Of a DNA stretch of 64,000 nucleotides, positions 8,870-17,263 are shown piece after piece. Made by a program: the position numbers and the translations under genes. The stretch is from NCBI GenBank assembly GCA_964557535.1, contig CAZLAD010000002.1, positions 21,560 to 85,559 on the forward strand. Direction: 5' to 3'. The first letter of the stretch is position 1, and each line of letters opens with the position of its first letter. Below the pieces are notes generated by a model, which ran no database searches, had not been told where the DNA came from, and worked only from the letters and a program-made list of their open reading frames with translations. This DNA is from an uncultured Candidatus Saccharibacteria bacterium (GTDB taxonomy: Bacteria; Patescibacteriota; Minisyncoccia; Phycocordibacterales; CSBR16-119).

Positions 8870-9121
8870 TTAGAAGAAAGACGGAAAAAGTTTATTAAGC
8901 AATCCCTCGGATTGATGTTTGCGTAATTGATTTACAAGAAATCGATGGCGAAGCGATTCAAAGAAATAATTCTGTCCGCACATAATCTTGTCATCAATTC
9001 TCTTGTTGAGACGCTTGATCTCTGCTTCCAAGGATTTTAAATATTGATTTCGTGTCATGTGAGTGTTTAACTTAAAATTTGTAATCGACCACGAGAGTAT
9101 TATAAGTGAACGACCGTTCAC
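8870..9121 (-). CDS. Small hypothetical protein (possibly DUF465/YdcH-like; the true start may be the internal Met of MTRNQYLKSLEAEIKRLNKRIDD)
   Basis: Short ORF with a coiled-coil-like pattern. Weak call. Confidence 0.3.
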   Translation of the reverse strand: MNGRSLIILSWSITNFKLNTHMTRNQYLKSLEAEIKRLNKRIDDKIMCGQNYFFESLRHRFLVNQLRKHQSEGLLNKLFPSFF

Positions 9122-9218
9122 AAGTCAAATTATTTTAACAAAACGACACAAAAATACTAACTGGTCTATTTATGCCTCTGGGTCAAGCTCGATTCTCTGC
9201 CTAATATGTTAAAATATT

Positions 9219-9992
9219 TTGATGACATTTTTAGATGCGACAATACTTGGAATCATTGAAGGTATCACCGAATTCCTCCCCATCTCATCAACGGGCCATA
9301 TGATATTGGCAGCCGATATATTCAAAATACCCGCAACCGAATTCCTAAAAAGCTTTCAAATCATTATTCAACTTGGAGCTATTACAGCGGTGATTTTCCT
9401 TTATTGGAAAAACTTATGGAAAATCGAAAATATAAAAAAAGTTATTGTTGGATCGATTCCAACCGCCGTAATTGGTTTTGGTCTTTACAAAATAATAAAA
9501 TCAGATTTGTTGGGGTCAACTTCCGTCGTCTTGTGGTCAATGCTTTTGGGCGGAATCATACTTATAATTTTTGAATATTATTATCGTGGCCCAGATATAG
9601 AAAAAGAAGAGACTTCCGACATAACTTATTTACAAGCTTTTGTTGTTGGTATTTTCCAGTCTCTTGCCGTTATACCCGGCGTCTCTAGATCAGCTGCCAC
9701 AATCATTGGCGGACTTGCTCTTGGTATTCCTCGCAGAACCATAATTGAGTTTTCATTCATGCTTGCCATACCGGTCATGCTCGGAGCGAGCGCGCTCGAT
9801 ATCTACAAAAGCCCAGCGATTTTTTCGGATGCAAATATTCCCATCATCTTGGTCGGATTTGTAACGGCATTTTTGGTCGCCATAGTTTCAATTAAATTCT
9901 TACTTCGATTTATCAAAAATAACAATTTCATTCCCTTTGGAATCTACCGCATCGTGGTCGCAATCATGTTTTATTTCATAATTTTTAAATAA
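9219..9992 (+). CDS. uppP: Undecaprenyl-diphosphatase
   Basis: GIIEGITEFLPISSTGHM is the BacA/UppP signature. Multi-pass membrane protein. Confidence 0.85.
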   Translation: MMTFLDATILGIIEGITEFLPISSTGHMILAADIFKIPATEFLKSFQIIIQLGAITAVIFLYWKNLWKIENIKKVIVGSIPTAVIGFGLYKIIKSDLLGSTSVVLWSMLLGGIILIIFEYYYRGPDIEKEETSDITYLQAFVVGIFQSLAVIPGVSRSAATIIGGLALGIPRRTIIEFSFMLAIPVMLGASALDIYKSPAIFSDANIPIILVGFVTAFLVAIVSIKFLLRFIKNNNFIPFGIYRIVVAIMFYFIIFK

Positions 9993-10043
9993 TTTATAAG
10001 TTGGTAAGTAAAGCAAAATATATACGGAAAAGACATTCCGGAA

Positions 10044-10078
10044 CAGAAAACCGGCCTGAGGGCCGGTTTTCTGTTTTC
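10044..10078 (+). terminator. Rho-independent terminator of uppP (cagaaaaccggcc...ggccggttttctg + T-run)
   Basis: Perfect stem seen directly. Confidence 0.6.
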
Positions 10079-10088
10079 TCTCAGCGAA

Positions 10089-10167
10089 GCAAAATCTCCG
10101 TTTTCCGAATCCCGAGGACCTAGTGCGTAGACACGCTTCCGCAGGGTGAGGAAAACGGAGATTTTGC
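10089..10167. repeat. Structured repeat, copy A. A 46-nt conserved core (cgaatcccgaggacctagtgcgtagacacgcttccgcagggtgagg) enclosed by a copy-specific 17-bp perfect inverted repeat
   Basis: Shares the same core (4 mismatches) with 14952-15029, while the flanking stems differ and are compensatory. Confidence 0.6.
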
Positions 10168-10177
10168 ACAGTACCTT

Positions 10178-10345
10178 TTAAAATCTTCGATATCCTCCGC
10201 CACCAGATCCCCCACCTCGCTCATCGCGAGATTTACGGTGACAATCACGACATTTGAGTGTGCCGAGTCTACTTGGGTCTGGTTCAAACGGAAGTTCGGT
10301 AATTGAACCTCCGCAAGTTCCACATGTCCAATTACCCGTAAACAT
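10178..10345 (-). CDS. FmdB-family zinc-ribbon protein with a Gly/Arg-rich tail (start probably at MFTGNWTCGTCG)
   Basis: Motif WTCGTCGG-x17-KCRDC and a C-terminal GGGSGGGGYRRF tail, typical of TIGR02605-like zinc-ribbon proteins. Confidence 0.45.
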   Translation of the reverse strand: MFTGNWTCGTCGGSITELPFEPDPSRLGTLKCRDCHRKSRDERGGGSGGGGYRRF

Positions 10346-10495
10346 CTGACGTGGTGACTGGCTTCCTCCTGTGTTTCCTGTATACATAATCAATACGCTA
10401 AATTTATTAATCTAAACGAAAAAAGTTAACGTATCGACATAACATCACTTTAATTCGTATATTAATTATCAATTAAACCATTCCAAAAGTCAAAG

Positions 10496-11611
10496 TTATT
10501 TGAAAACCTCTTGCACAAGCTCGGGTTTTGTCTCGGCGTCTTTTATTTTAAACCTTATTTCTCCAACTGTCTGCCCCCTGCTTGTCGTAACCTTGACCCG
10601 CCAAGACCCCGGCCAAACATTTGATTTTTGAGAAAATCCTCGAAAACCATCAGTCCGTCCACCGGTGATTGGAATTTTTATACTCGAAGACTCGACCCAA
10701 CGAGTACGTTTGGTATCAAAATATTCCCAAACATGATAAATATCGACACCCAGATTCACAGGTGCATAGACTTCAGTATATACATAAACCGGTTCATTAT
10801 TTGTTCTATTAAAAACACGACTGCGTTTTCTCCAGAATTCAAAGTCCGGAGCCTCTTCATAACTACCATAATATTCAACTGCCTGGATACGATAAAAATC
10901 ATGATAAACTGCGCGAAATTTAAGCGACAGAGGTATTGGTGGGATGACATTTGTAAAATACAAGAAATTAAAAACCAGAAAAATCAAACCAATTCTTGTG
11001 AGAATTTTCGTACGATTAGTGACGAAAGCCGCTCTGTTTATCCTTGAAAGGATAAACAGATAAATCGAAATCAAAAAAAGTCCCGCGAATCCCGACAACA
11101 TATAAATACCCGGACCCATTTGCTTGAAAACCACAGGTAACGAAAATATTAAATAAGAAAAAAGTGCTACGTAAAAAAGACTAATTTGTAAAATAATCTT
11201 TTGAAAATATTTTTTCTTTATCTCGGTCGCAAGCATAAGCGCAAGCAACGCAAAGATAAACGGCCAACTAGAAATAAGCGAGCCTGATTTGGCATAAAAA
11301 ACAGTAAAAGCTGAAAACAATCCGCCAAAAGAAAACAATATTACGGCAGAAATAATTCCATCCTTGTTGGCAATTTTCAGCTTTCTGCCGAGACGACTGT
11401 TCGCCGAAAACAAGAGAGCGATGGAGATTGCAACGATGCAAAGGTGGACCAAAACGACAATATTGTCAAAAGCCTTATCTACTTGGCCAAGTGTCAGTGT
11501 GTCGATAATAAAACCGCCCAAAATAACAGTCGGCAAAAGTAACGTCCTATTACGTTCGATAAAATTCTCGAGGCTTTTTCTTTTTGAGGTAATATAACTT
11601 TTCATAACCAA
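10496..11611 (-). CDS. Membrane protein with an N-terminal polytopic domain and a C-terminal extracytoplasmic domain
   Basis: About 7 hydrophobic helices, then a ~150-aa soluble domain. No function assigned. Confidence 0.5.
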   Translation of the reverse strand: MVMKSYITSKRKSLENFIERNRTLLLPTVILGGFIIDTLTLGQVDKAFDNIVVLVHLCIVAISIALLFSANSRLGRKLKIANKDGIISAVILFSFGGLFSAFTVFYAKSGSLISSWPFIFALLALMLATEIKKKYFQKIILQISLFYVALFSYLIFSLPVVFKQMGPGIYMLSGFAGLFLISIYLFILSRINRAAFVTNRTKILTRIGLIFLVFNFLYFTNVIPPIPLSLKFRAVYHDFYRIQAVEYYGSYEEAPDFEFWRKRSRVFNRTNNEPVYVYTEVYAPVNLGVDIYHVWEYFDTKRTRWVESSSIKIPITGGRTDGFRGFSQKSNVWPGSWRVKVTTSRGQTVGEIRFKIKDAETKPELVQEVFK

Positions 11612-11618
11612 ATCACGG

Positions 11619-11709
11619 AAGTCGGCGCGATAAATTTAAAATGTCTGGTTGAGCTGCAAAAGGCGTAGCCTGGCGGCGACCCGAGGACTTTTAAATTTAT
11701 CACGCCGAC
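11619..11709. repeat. Long hairpin: a 21-bp inverted repeat (gtcggcgcgataaatttaaaa / ttttaaatttatcacgccgac) around a ~48-nt GC-rich loop, between gdh and the upstream gene
   Basis: Seen directly in the sequence, with one mismatch in the stem. Confidence 0.5.
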
Positions 11710-11718
11710 TGGAGTTAA

Positions 11719-12963
11719 TTATACCCTGCCTCGCAATTTCATTGCATCCACGATGCGTTTGACGCCCAGAGAGAAAGCTCCGAGTCGCAAATCAACTTGC
11801 TTGTCCTTGGCCAAAAAATAAACATCTCGATAACTTTTAACGATGATTTCTTTGAGCTTCGACAAGACTTCTGCTTCCGTCCAATAATATCCCTGTCTGT
11901 TCTGAACCCATTCAAAATACGACACGGTAACACCTCCGGCATTGGCGAGCACATCCGGCACGAGTGTTCTACCTTTTTTAAAGAGGATTTCATCGGCTTC
12001 AGGAGTCGTTGGACCGTTGGCCAATTCCAGAATAATTTTTGCTTTAATGTTTACCGCGTTCGACGCAGTGATTTGATTGTCGAGAGCGGCCGGAATCAAA
12101 ACATCGCAATCAACTTCTAAAAGTTCAGTGTTGGTCAAAACTTTGACACCATCTTTTTGAAATTCAATCATGCCCTTCCCGGATTCATCTTTGAAACGAT
12201 TTATCTCTTCGGGATCAAGACCGTTCCCATCATAAAGTCCACCAGAAGAATCCGACACGGCAACGATCTTGCATCCCATGCGATGGAGTATTGACGCCGC
12301 GGTGTATCCGGCGTTACCAAATCCTTGCACGGCGATTTTTAAATCACCAAAATTTAATCCCGCGTCTTTTACCACTTCTTCCAAAACATAAATTCCTCCC
12401 TGAGCTGTGGCAATATTTCTACCAAGTGATCCACCAAGTTCCAGAGGTTTACCAGTAATGACTCCTGGCTCAGCATGTCCAACAATTGATTCAAACTCAT
12501 CCAAGATATAAGACATTATTTGACCATTGGTGTAGACGTCCGGTGCGGGAATGTCTTTGTCGACGCCGATGACAGGCGCCATAGCGCGAGCCCAGGCCCG
12601 AGAGACGAGTTCCAAATCTTTGGCAGAATATTTTTTCGGATCAATTGTCACACCGCCTTTGGCACCTCCTAGTGGAATCCCAACGACAGCGCACTTCACG
12701 GCCATAAGAGCCGCGAGCGCTTTCACTTCATCGAGATCCGCTGCCGAGTGAAAACGAATCCCGCCCTTGAAAGGTCCGCGAGCGTTGTTGAACTGCACAC
12801 GATAGGCGGGGAAAATTTCTTTACCCAAAGATGTTTCAATTTCCAAATTTGTATTGACGATATTTTGCGGTTCGGTCAGTTTGGTAATTTCCGCATCAGA
12901 ATAATTTAAAAGTTTGGCAGTTTTGCCGAGGTTGTCGAGATAATTTTGAAATGGATTATTCAT
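11719..12963 (-). CDS. gdhA: NAD(P)-dependent glutamate dehydrogenase (Glu/Leu/Phe/Val dehydrogenase family)
   Basis: Carries KGGIRFHSAADLDEVKALAALMAVKCAVVGIPLGGAKGG, with the catalytic-Lys region, plus an NAD-binding GFGNAG. Confidence 0.85.
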   Translation of the reverse strand: MNNPFQNYLDNLGKTAKLLNYSDAEITKLTEPQNIVNTNLEIETSLGKEIFPAYRVQFNNARGPFKGGIRFHSAADLDEVKALAALMAVKCAVVGIPLGGAKGGVTIDPKKYSAKDLELVSRAWARAMAPVIGVDKDIPAPDVYTNGQIMSYILDEFESIVGHAEPGVITGKPLELGGSLGRNIATAQGGIYVLEEVVKDAGLNFGDLKIAVQGFGNAGYTAASILHRMGCKIVAVSDSSGGLYDGNGLDPEEINRFKDESGKGMIEFQKDGVKVLTNTELLEVDCDVLIPAALDNQITASNAVNIKAKIILELANGPTTPEADEILFKKGRTLVPDVLANAGGVTVSYFEWVQNRQGYYWTEAEVLSKLKEIIVKSYRDVYFLAKDKQVDLRLGAFSLGVKRIVDAMKLRGRV

Positions 12964-13076
12964 GTTTTTTTACTAATTGTTAGGGCTTAATTATATCCTC
13001 GTTTTGGTATAAAAAGAAATTGGAAGCAGAAAAGCCCCGGATCACCGGGGCTCCTCCACTTCGGTGGGGATACCAC

Positions 13077-14099
13077 CTAGTAGTTTGTGACAACAAGCCC
13101 GCAGGCCCGTCGTTCACCAATCTCACTGGTCTGAACCAACTGATACGCACCGGGTGCGTATCCGGCCAAGCTCATCATCAACGTCGATGATGAACTCGGG
13201 GTTAGTAGGACGTGAACCAAACGACCGTCAGATCCGATGACCTGTAGCGACTGGCCGGGGATGAGGTTTTCGATCGTCACCGTTTCAGCTTCAGTAGCTG
13301 GATTCGGGAAGACCCGCATCTCGCACGGCTTGCACTCAGCCTGATCATCAATTCCGGTCGAGAAGTCGTGATCAAACTCGACAACAGCGAAAGTGCTGCA
13401 GCTGGAGCTATTGCTGACCAGTTCCCAATTCCAGAGCGGGGCAAGCCCCGCATCCTTGTACCACAGCTCGTATGACAGGACATAGTGTCCGGGTTCATCA
13501 AGTTCGAAGTCGTAATACTCGGTGTTTGAGAACCCTGGGGTGATCATCCGATCTTCGGTCCAGACGCTACCTGTGGTGGTATTGGTCAAGATCCTCCTAA
13601 GCCGAAGCAGAACATCAGGAGCCGGATGACCATATCGAGCCACAACGGTAAAAGTGTAGTTGCTACCGTTAATGAACGGTTCGTCCGACACATTCAGCGT
13701 CGGACAAGCCAGTGGACTGAAGGAGTAAATCCCTCCCCCTGTTTCAGGCCGAGGTGAGGCTAATTCAGTCACGCCACCCAGAGGCTTCAAACGCAACTGA
13801 ATGAAATATTCGTGCTCGTTGATGTACGGCTCGATCGGAACAAGGATCACCTCGATTCCAGCGCCGGTCAAGGTATCCGTCAATTCCGGACGCTGAACCC
13901 AGATGTTGGGTGCACTGGTGATGTCCATCACATATACCCGGCGCAGGTAAGTGTCAGAGCCGAAGTCATACGTAACGTTCACCGTTTCCGAAAGCGGAAA
14001 GATCTCCGCGTTCCAGTTGATGACCATCGTCTGCGCCTGCGCGAGGTTCGCGCAGAAGACCGTCGCCACGAAGGCGAACAGGGTTTTCAGGTTCTTCAT
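13077..14099 (-). CDS. GC-rich secreted protein with a C-terminal T9SS (Por) sorting domain (CTD)
   Basis: Signal peptide MKNLKTLFAFVATVFCANLAQA. The last ~80 aa (RVFPNPATEAETVTIENLIPGQSLQVIGSDGRLVHV...) match the Bacteroidetes-type secretion-system C-terminal sorting domain. ~55% GC. Confidence 0.6.
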   Translation of the reverse strand: MKNLKTLFAFVATVFCANLAQAQTMVINWNAEIFPLSETVNVTYDFGSDTYLRRVYVMDITSAPNIWVQRPELTDTLTGAGIEVILVPIEPYINEHEYFIQLRLKPLGGVTELASPRPETGGGIYSFSPLACPTLNVSDEPFINGSNYTFTVVARYGHPAPDVLLRLRRILTNTTTGSVWTEDRMITPGFSNTEYYDFELDEPGHYVLSYELWYKDAGLAPLWNWELVSNSSSCSTFAVVEFDHDFSTGIDDQAECKPCEMRVFPNPATEAETVTIENLIPGQSLQVIGSDGRLVHVLLTPSSSSTLMMSLAGYAPGAYQLVQTSEIGERRACGLVVTNY

Positions 14100-14288
14100 G
14101 ATTTGAGGGTTGTTTGGTTCGTGAAGTTTGCAAGGTACGTGGTCAAGAAGACCAAACCTTTGCTTTGTATACTATCACAAATACTCAGAAAAGTCAACCT
14201 TTTTGAGGCTCTAAAAACCCTTATTTTACAAGGGTTTTTAGGACCCGCCAGTATGGGCAGGTAAACTCTTTGGTTCAATCTTTCTATT

Positions 14289-14939
14289 TTAAATTTTACG
14301 AGCCTTTTTGATGTCAAACTCCCCTATTTTCGTCCGTCGGAGATTTGCCAAAGTTGCAGGGGTGTCCAAGAAATTTCCGATGAATTCCACAAGCGATCTG
14401 ATATAAACTCCGCTCGCCACATCAAAATTTACTCTCAAAACAAAGCCATTTTCTGTTTCTTCGATTCCTCGAAGCTCACTTTTATAAATTTTCATCTTCT
14501 TCACCGGCAAAGGAACGTCGATTCCATCCCTCGCATATTCATAGAGCGCCTTGCCATTACGCTTGATTGCAGAATATTTTGGCACAGCAATATCAAACTC
14601 GCCGTGAAAAGCTCGTATGACTTCTTCGACATAATCTTCTTCGACATTGGTAACTTCACGTGATTCGATAATTTCGCCCTCCAAATCTCCGGTGTCGGTT
14701 TTGGTCCCGAGTAAAATTTCCGCTTCATAACTCTTGTCGAGTTTCAAAAATTGCTCCATCTGTTTCGTGCCGTCATTAACGCCGATAATCATAAGACCTG
14801 ATGCAAGCGGATCGAGCGTTCCAGCGTGTCCCATTTTCCGTATCCCCAAATCCCTTCGCAAAATGCGAATAACGTCAAAGCTTGTGATGCCTTTGGGCTT
14901 GTCGACGAGTATTATATTTTCAGGTAATTTTTTATTCAT
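14289..14939 (-). CDS. truB: tRNA pseudouridine(55) synthase
   Basis: VDKPKGITSFDVIRILRRDLGIRKMGHAGTLDPLASGLM is the TruB catalytic-Asp motif. Confidence 0.85.
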   Translation of the reverse strand: MNKKLPENIILVDKPKGITSFDVIRILRRDLGIRKMGHAGTLDPLASGLMIIGVNDGTKQMEQFLKLDKSYEAEILLGTKTDTGDLEGEIIESREVTNVEEDYVEEVIRAFHGEFDIAVPKYSAIKRNGKALYEYARDGIDVPLPVKKMKIYKSELRGIEETENGFVLRVNFDVASGVYIRSLVEFIGNFLDTPATLANLRRTKIGEFDIKKARKI

Positions 14940-14951
14940 GTTTCAAAAAAT

Positions 14952-15029
14952 AAAATTACAAAATTTTCGAATCCCGAGGACTTAAGTGCGCAGACACGCT
15001 TTCGCAGGGTGAGGAAATTTTATAATTTT
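14952..15029. repeat. Structured repeat, copy B. The same 46-nt core as 10089-10167, enclosed by a different 16-bp inverted repeat
   Basis: Core cgaatcccgaggacttaagtgcgcagacacgctttcgcagggtgagg. Flanks are aaaattacaaaatttt / aaaattttataatttt. Confidence 0.6.
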
Positions 15030-15042
15030 ATTTTTTGAAATA

Positions 15043-15636
15043 CTAGACATGATTTTTTAAAAAAGAAATTCGATGCAATGGCGTCGTACCAAATTCTCGT
15101 ATCGCATCCATATGCGATTTCGTTCCGTATCCTTTATTTTTTCTCCAACCATATTGATCTTCTTCGCCCGCAAGTTTTTCCATTTCCCTGTCACGCGAAA
15201 CTTTGGCCACAATTGAGGCGAGCGAAATTACGGGAATATTTTCATCACCCTTGATTATGGTTTCTTGATTATATTTATCCAATGCCCGAAGTCCACCATC
15301 GAGGAATACTTTCGTTTCAGCCGGATCGAAGTTTAATTTCTCTAAACAATTATCAACCGCCGCGCGGATACACACAGCAATGCCCTTGTCGTCAATTTCT
15401 ATATTTGAGGCCTTGGTCATCACATATCTGATTTTTTTCTCTTTAGCCAAACCATCCAAATATTCAAACCATTTCTCACGCATTTTGGCCGTGAGTTTCT
15501 TGGAATCTCGAAGCGGTAATTTCGCCCCGGAGACAATCTCGTCTATCGCGTTTGACGCGACCAAAAAGGCACAAACGTAGACCGGCCCAGCCACCGGCCC
15601 CCGCCCAACTTCGTCAATTCCGACTAAAAATTTCAT
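15043..15636 (-). CDS. rnhB: Ribonuclease HII
   Basis: GIDEVGRGPVAGPVYVCAF is the RNase HII active-site motif. Confidence 0.85.
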   Translation of the reverse strand: MKFLVGIDEVGRGPVAGPVYVCAFLVASNAIDEIVSGAKLPLRDSKKLTAKMREKWFEYLDGLAKEKKIRYVMTKASNIEIDDKGIAVCIRAAVDNCLEKLNFDPAETKVFLDGGLRALDKYNQETIIKGDENIPVISLASIVAKVSRDREMEKLAGEEDQYGWRKNKGYGTKSHMDAIREFGTTPLHRISFLKNHV

Positions 15637-15702
15637 AACTGCATTCTAACAAAAAGCGAAGGCCCCGGTAAGTTCCGGGGCCTTCAATCGCCAACAAGCA
15701 CA

Positions 15703-15936
15703 CTACCAGCCGGCCATTTCCAGAGACTCCTCGGATAAACGAGAAGGCCCTGAATGACGTAACTCGCTAGAACGATCCGAGCTTCGCTCGTACGACTCCA
15801 CCGATGGATAGTAGGTCGTGACGGTCTGAGACCGTGAAATTCGACCGATAATCCAGCCGATAAAGCCAGAGATGGCGGCCGCAAGAAATATCTTCATGGT
15901 GATGGGGTTTTTCTGAATATAACAATACTTTGCCAA
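15703..15936 (-). CDS. Small membrane-anchored hypothetical protein, GC-rich
   Basis: N-terminal TM (IFLAAAISGFIGWIIG). Followed by the GC hairpin gaaggccccgg...ccggggccttc at 15655-15690. Confidence 0.35.
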   Translation of the reverse strand: MAKYCYIQKNPITMKIFLAAAISGFIGWIIGRISRSQTVTTYYPSVESYERSSDRSSELRHSGPSRLSEESLEMAGW

Positions 15937-15945
15937 CTCGTCAAC

Positions 15946-17199
15946 CTACTCGTTGATTTTATTCCATATTCTATCTCGGATGTATTTCGCAACCTCCAAA
16001 TCATGTTTCTGAAGAGCGGTACGAAGAAAAGTGAAAAAATTCTTTATGTCTTCCGGTATGCCCGGCCCAAATTCGAAACCATAGATAAAGAAAGCTTTTA
16101 TGTCGTCTTTATACTCTTTGCTCATTGATCGAATTGCGTTTTGCGATTCATTGAAGTCCTTATCTTTGAAATGAGTCTCGTTTTGAGCCAAAAATAGTAA
16201 GTCCAGCATGAGACTATTTTTTTTCTCCTGTTTTCTGAAATCTTTCATACGCTCAATTTCTTCTGTCCAGGCATCTTTATTCTCAACAAACGAGCGTTCG
16301 ATTTCCGGAAACAATTTTTGTTGCATGCTCCGCCAGTCTCCTTTTTTCAAAACCTCGGCGTATTTTTTAGATAGCTCGTACACTTCTCGACGAGACCCTG
16401 GAACAAGGTCTACTTCTTCATTGTTTGCAACACTTTTAAATATCGAGATATTCTCAAGCACTTCATACATCACAGCACGATTAAAATCATGCACGATAAT
16501 AAATTTCTGATCGATCGGATTGCCAGATTTTTCATCTTCTAAACCTCCTTCTCTGTCGTCTGGCGACACATGATAAATTTTGTAACCGTCTTTCTCGTCA
16601 AAAACTCCATGCAATTTTATAGGAGGCCTCTGTCCGTCAACTATATACTGGACTCCTTCGGCTTCGACAATCACCATGGGATGGTCTGGTGTTATACCAA
16701 GCTCGACTTTCAATCCTCGTTTTTTACAGTAAGCTCCAAACATTGTTGTTAAGCCGACACAATTCGTTTCCACATTTTCTTCATTATCGTATTTTGCAAG
16801 CTTGGGAGTAAATCCTCGACTATCGTATCCATTACCTTGATCAAAAACAGAAGTCATGCCAAATCTTACATATAAATGCCATAGAAATTCCCTTTCAGGT
16901 AAATCCATCATACTTGGTGTAAAAATGTAGTGTTCTTTGTTTCTTTGTTCTATTTGTTCAGAAGTTAAAAATCTGGCTTCAAATCTGTTTATGCTTTCCA
17001 AATTTCTTCTGCGACGTTCTGTTTGAATATTTATAAATTGTTGCTGCATAGCTTCGGATATCGCCGGAATATTTTCTTTTGATAATGGTAGGTCTACTTC
17101 CTCCGTAAAAATCATTTCTTTCCCAAGTTCTCTAAAAGACTCCTGTTCTTCGGGTGAAATAAGGGGCTTTTTTCTTTCAAATACTTTCTTTAATTCCAT
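15946..17199 (-). CDS. Hypothetical protein (possible transglutaminase-like Cys/His/Asp fold: NCVGLTTMFGAYC...PDHPMVIV...IVDG)
   Basis: Long ORF. Only a weak motif resemblance. Confidence 0.4.
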   Translation of the reverse strand: MELKKVFERKKPLISPEEQESFRELGKEMIFTEEVDLPLSKENIPAISEAMQQQFINIQTERRRRNLESINRFEARFLTSEQIEQRNKEHYIFTPSMMDLPEREFLWHLYVRFGMTSVFDQGNGYDSRGFTPKLAKYDNEENVETNCVGLTTMFGAYCKKRGLKVELGITPDHPMVIVEAEGVQYIVDGQRPPIKLHGVFDEKDGYKIYHVSPDDREGGLEDEKSGNPIDQKFIIVHDFNRAVMYEVLENISIFKSVANNEEVDLVPGSRREVYELSKKYAEVLKKGDWRSMQQKLFPEIERSFVENKDAWTEEIERMKDFRKQEKKNSLMLDLLFLAQNETHFKDKDFNESQNAIRSMSKEYKDDIKAFFIYGFEFGPGIPEDIKNFFTFLRTALQKHDLEVAKYIRDRIWNKINE

Positions 17200-17263
17200 G
17201 GGAAAATTATACCAAAATATTGATTAGAATTGCGTACGAAGCCCTGCTATAATAGCCCTACTT

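Noticed and set aside
10120-10323. ORFs 9900-10169 and 10120-10323 on the minus strand
   Set aside because: They run through the uppP terminator and the structured repeat element. The FmdB-like frame (10178-10345) is the more plausible gene.
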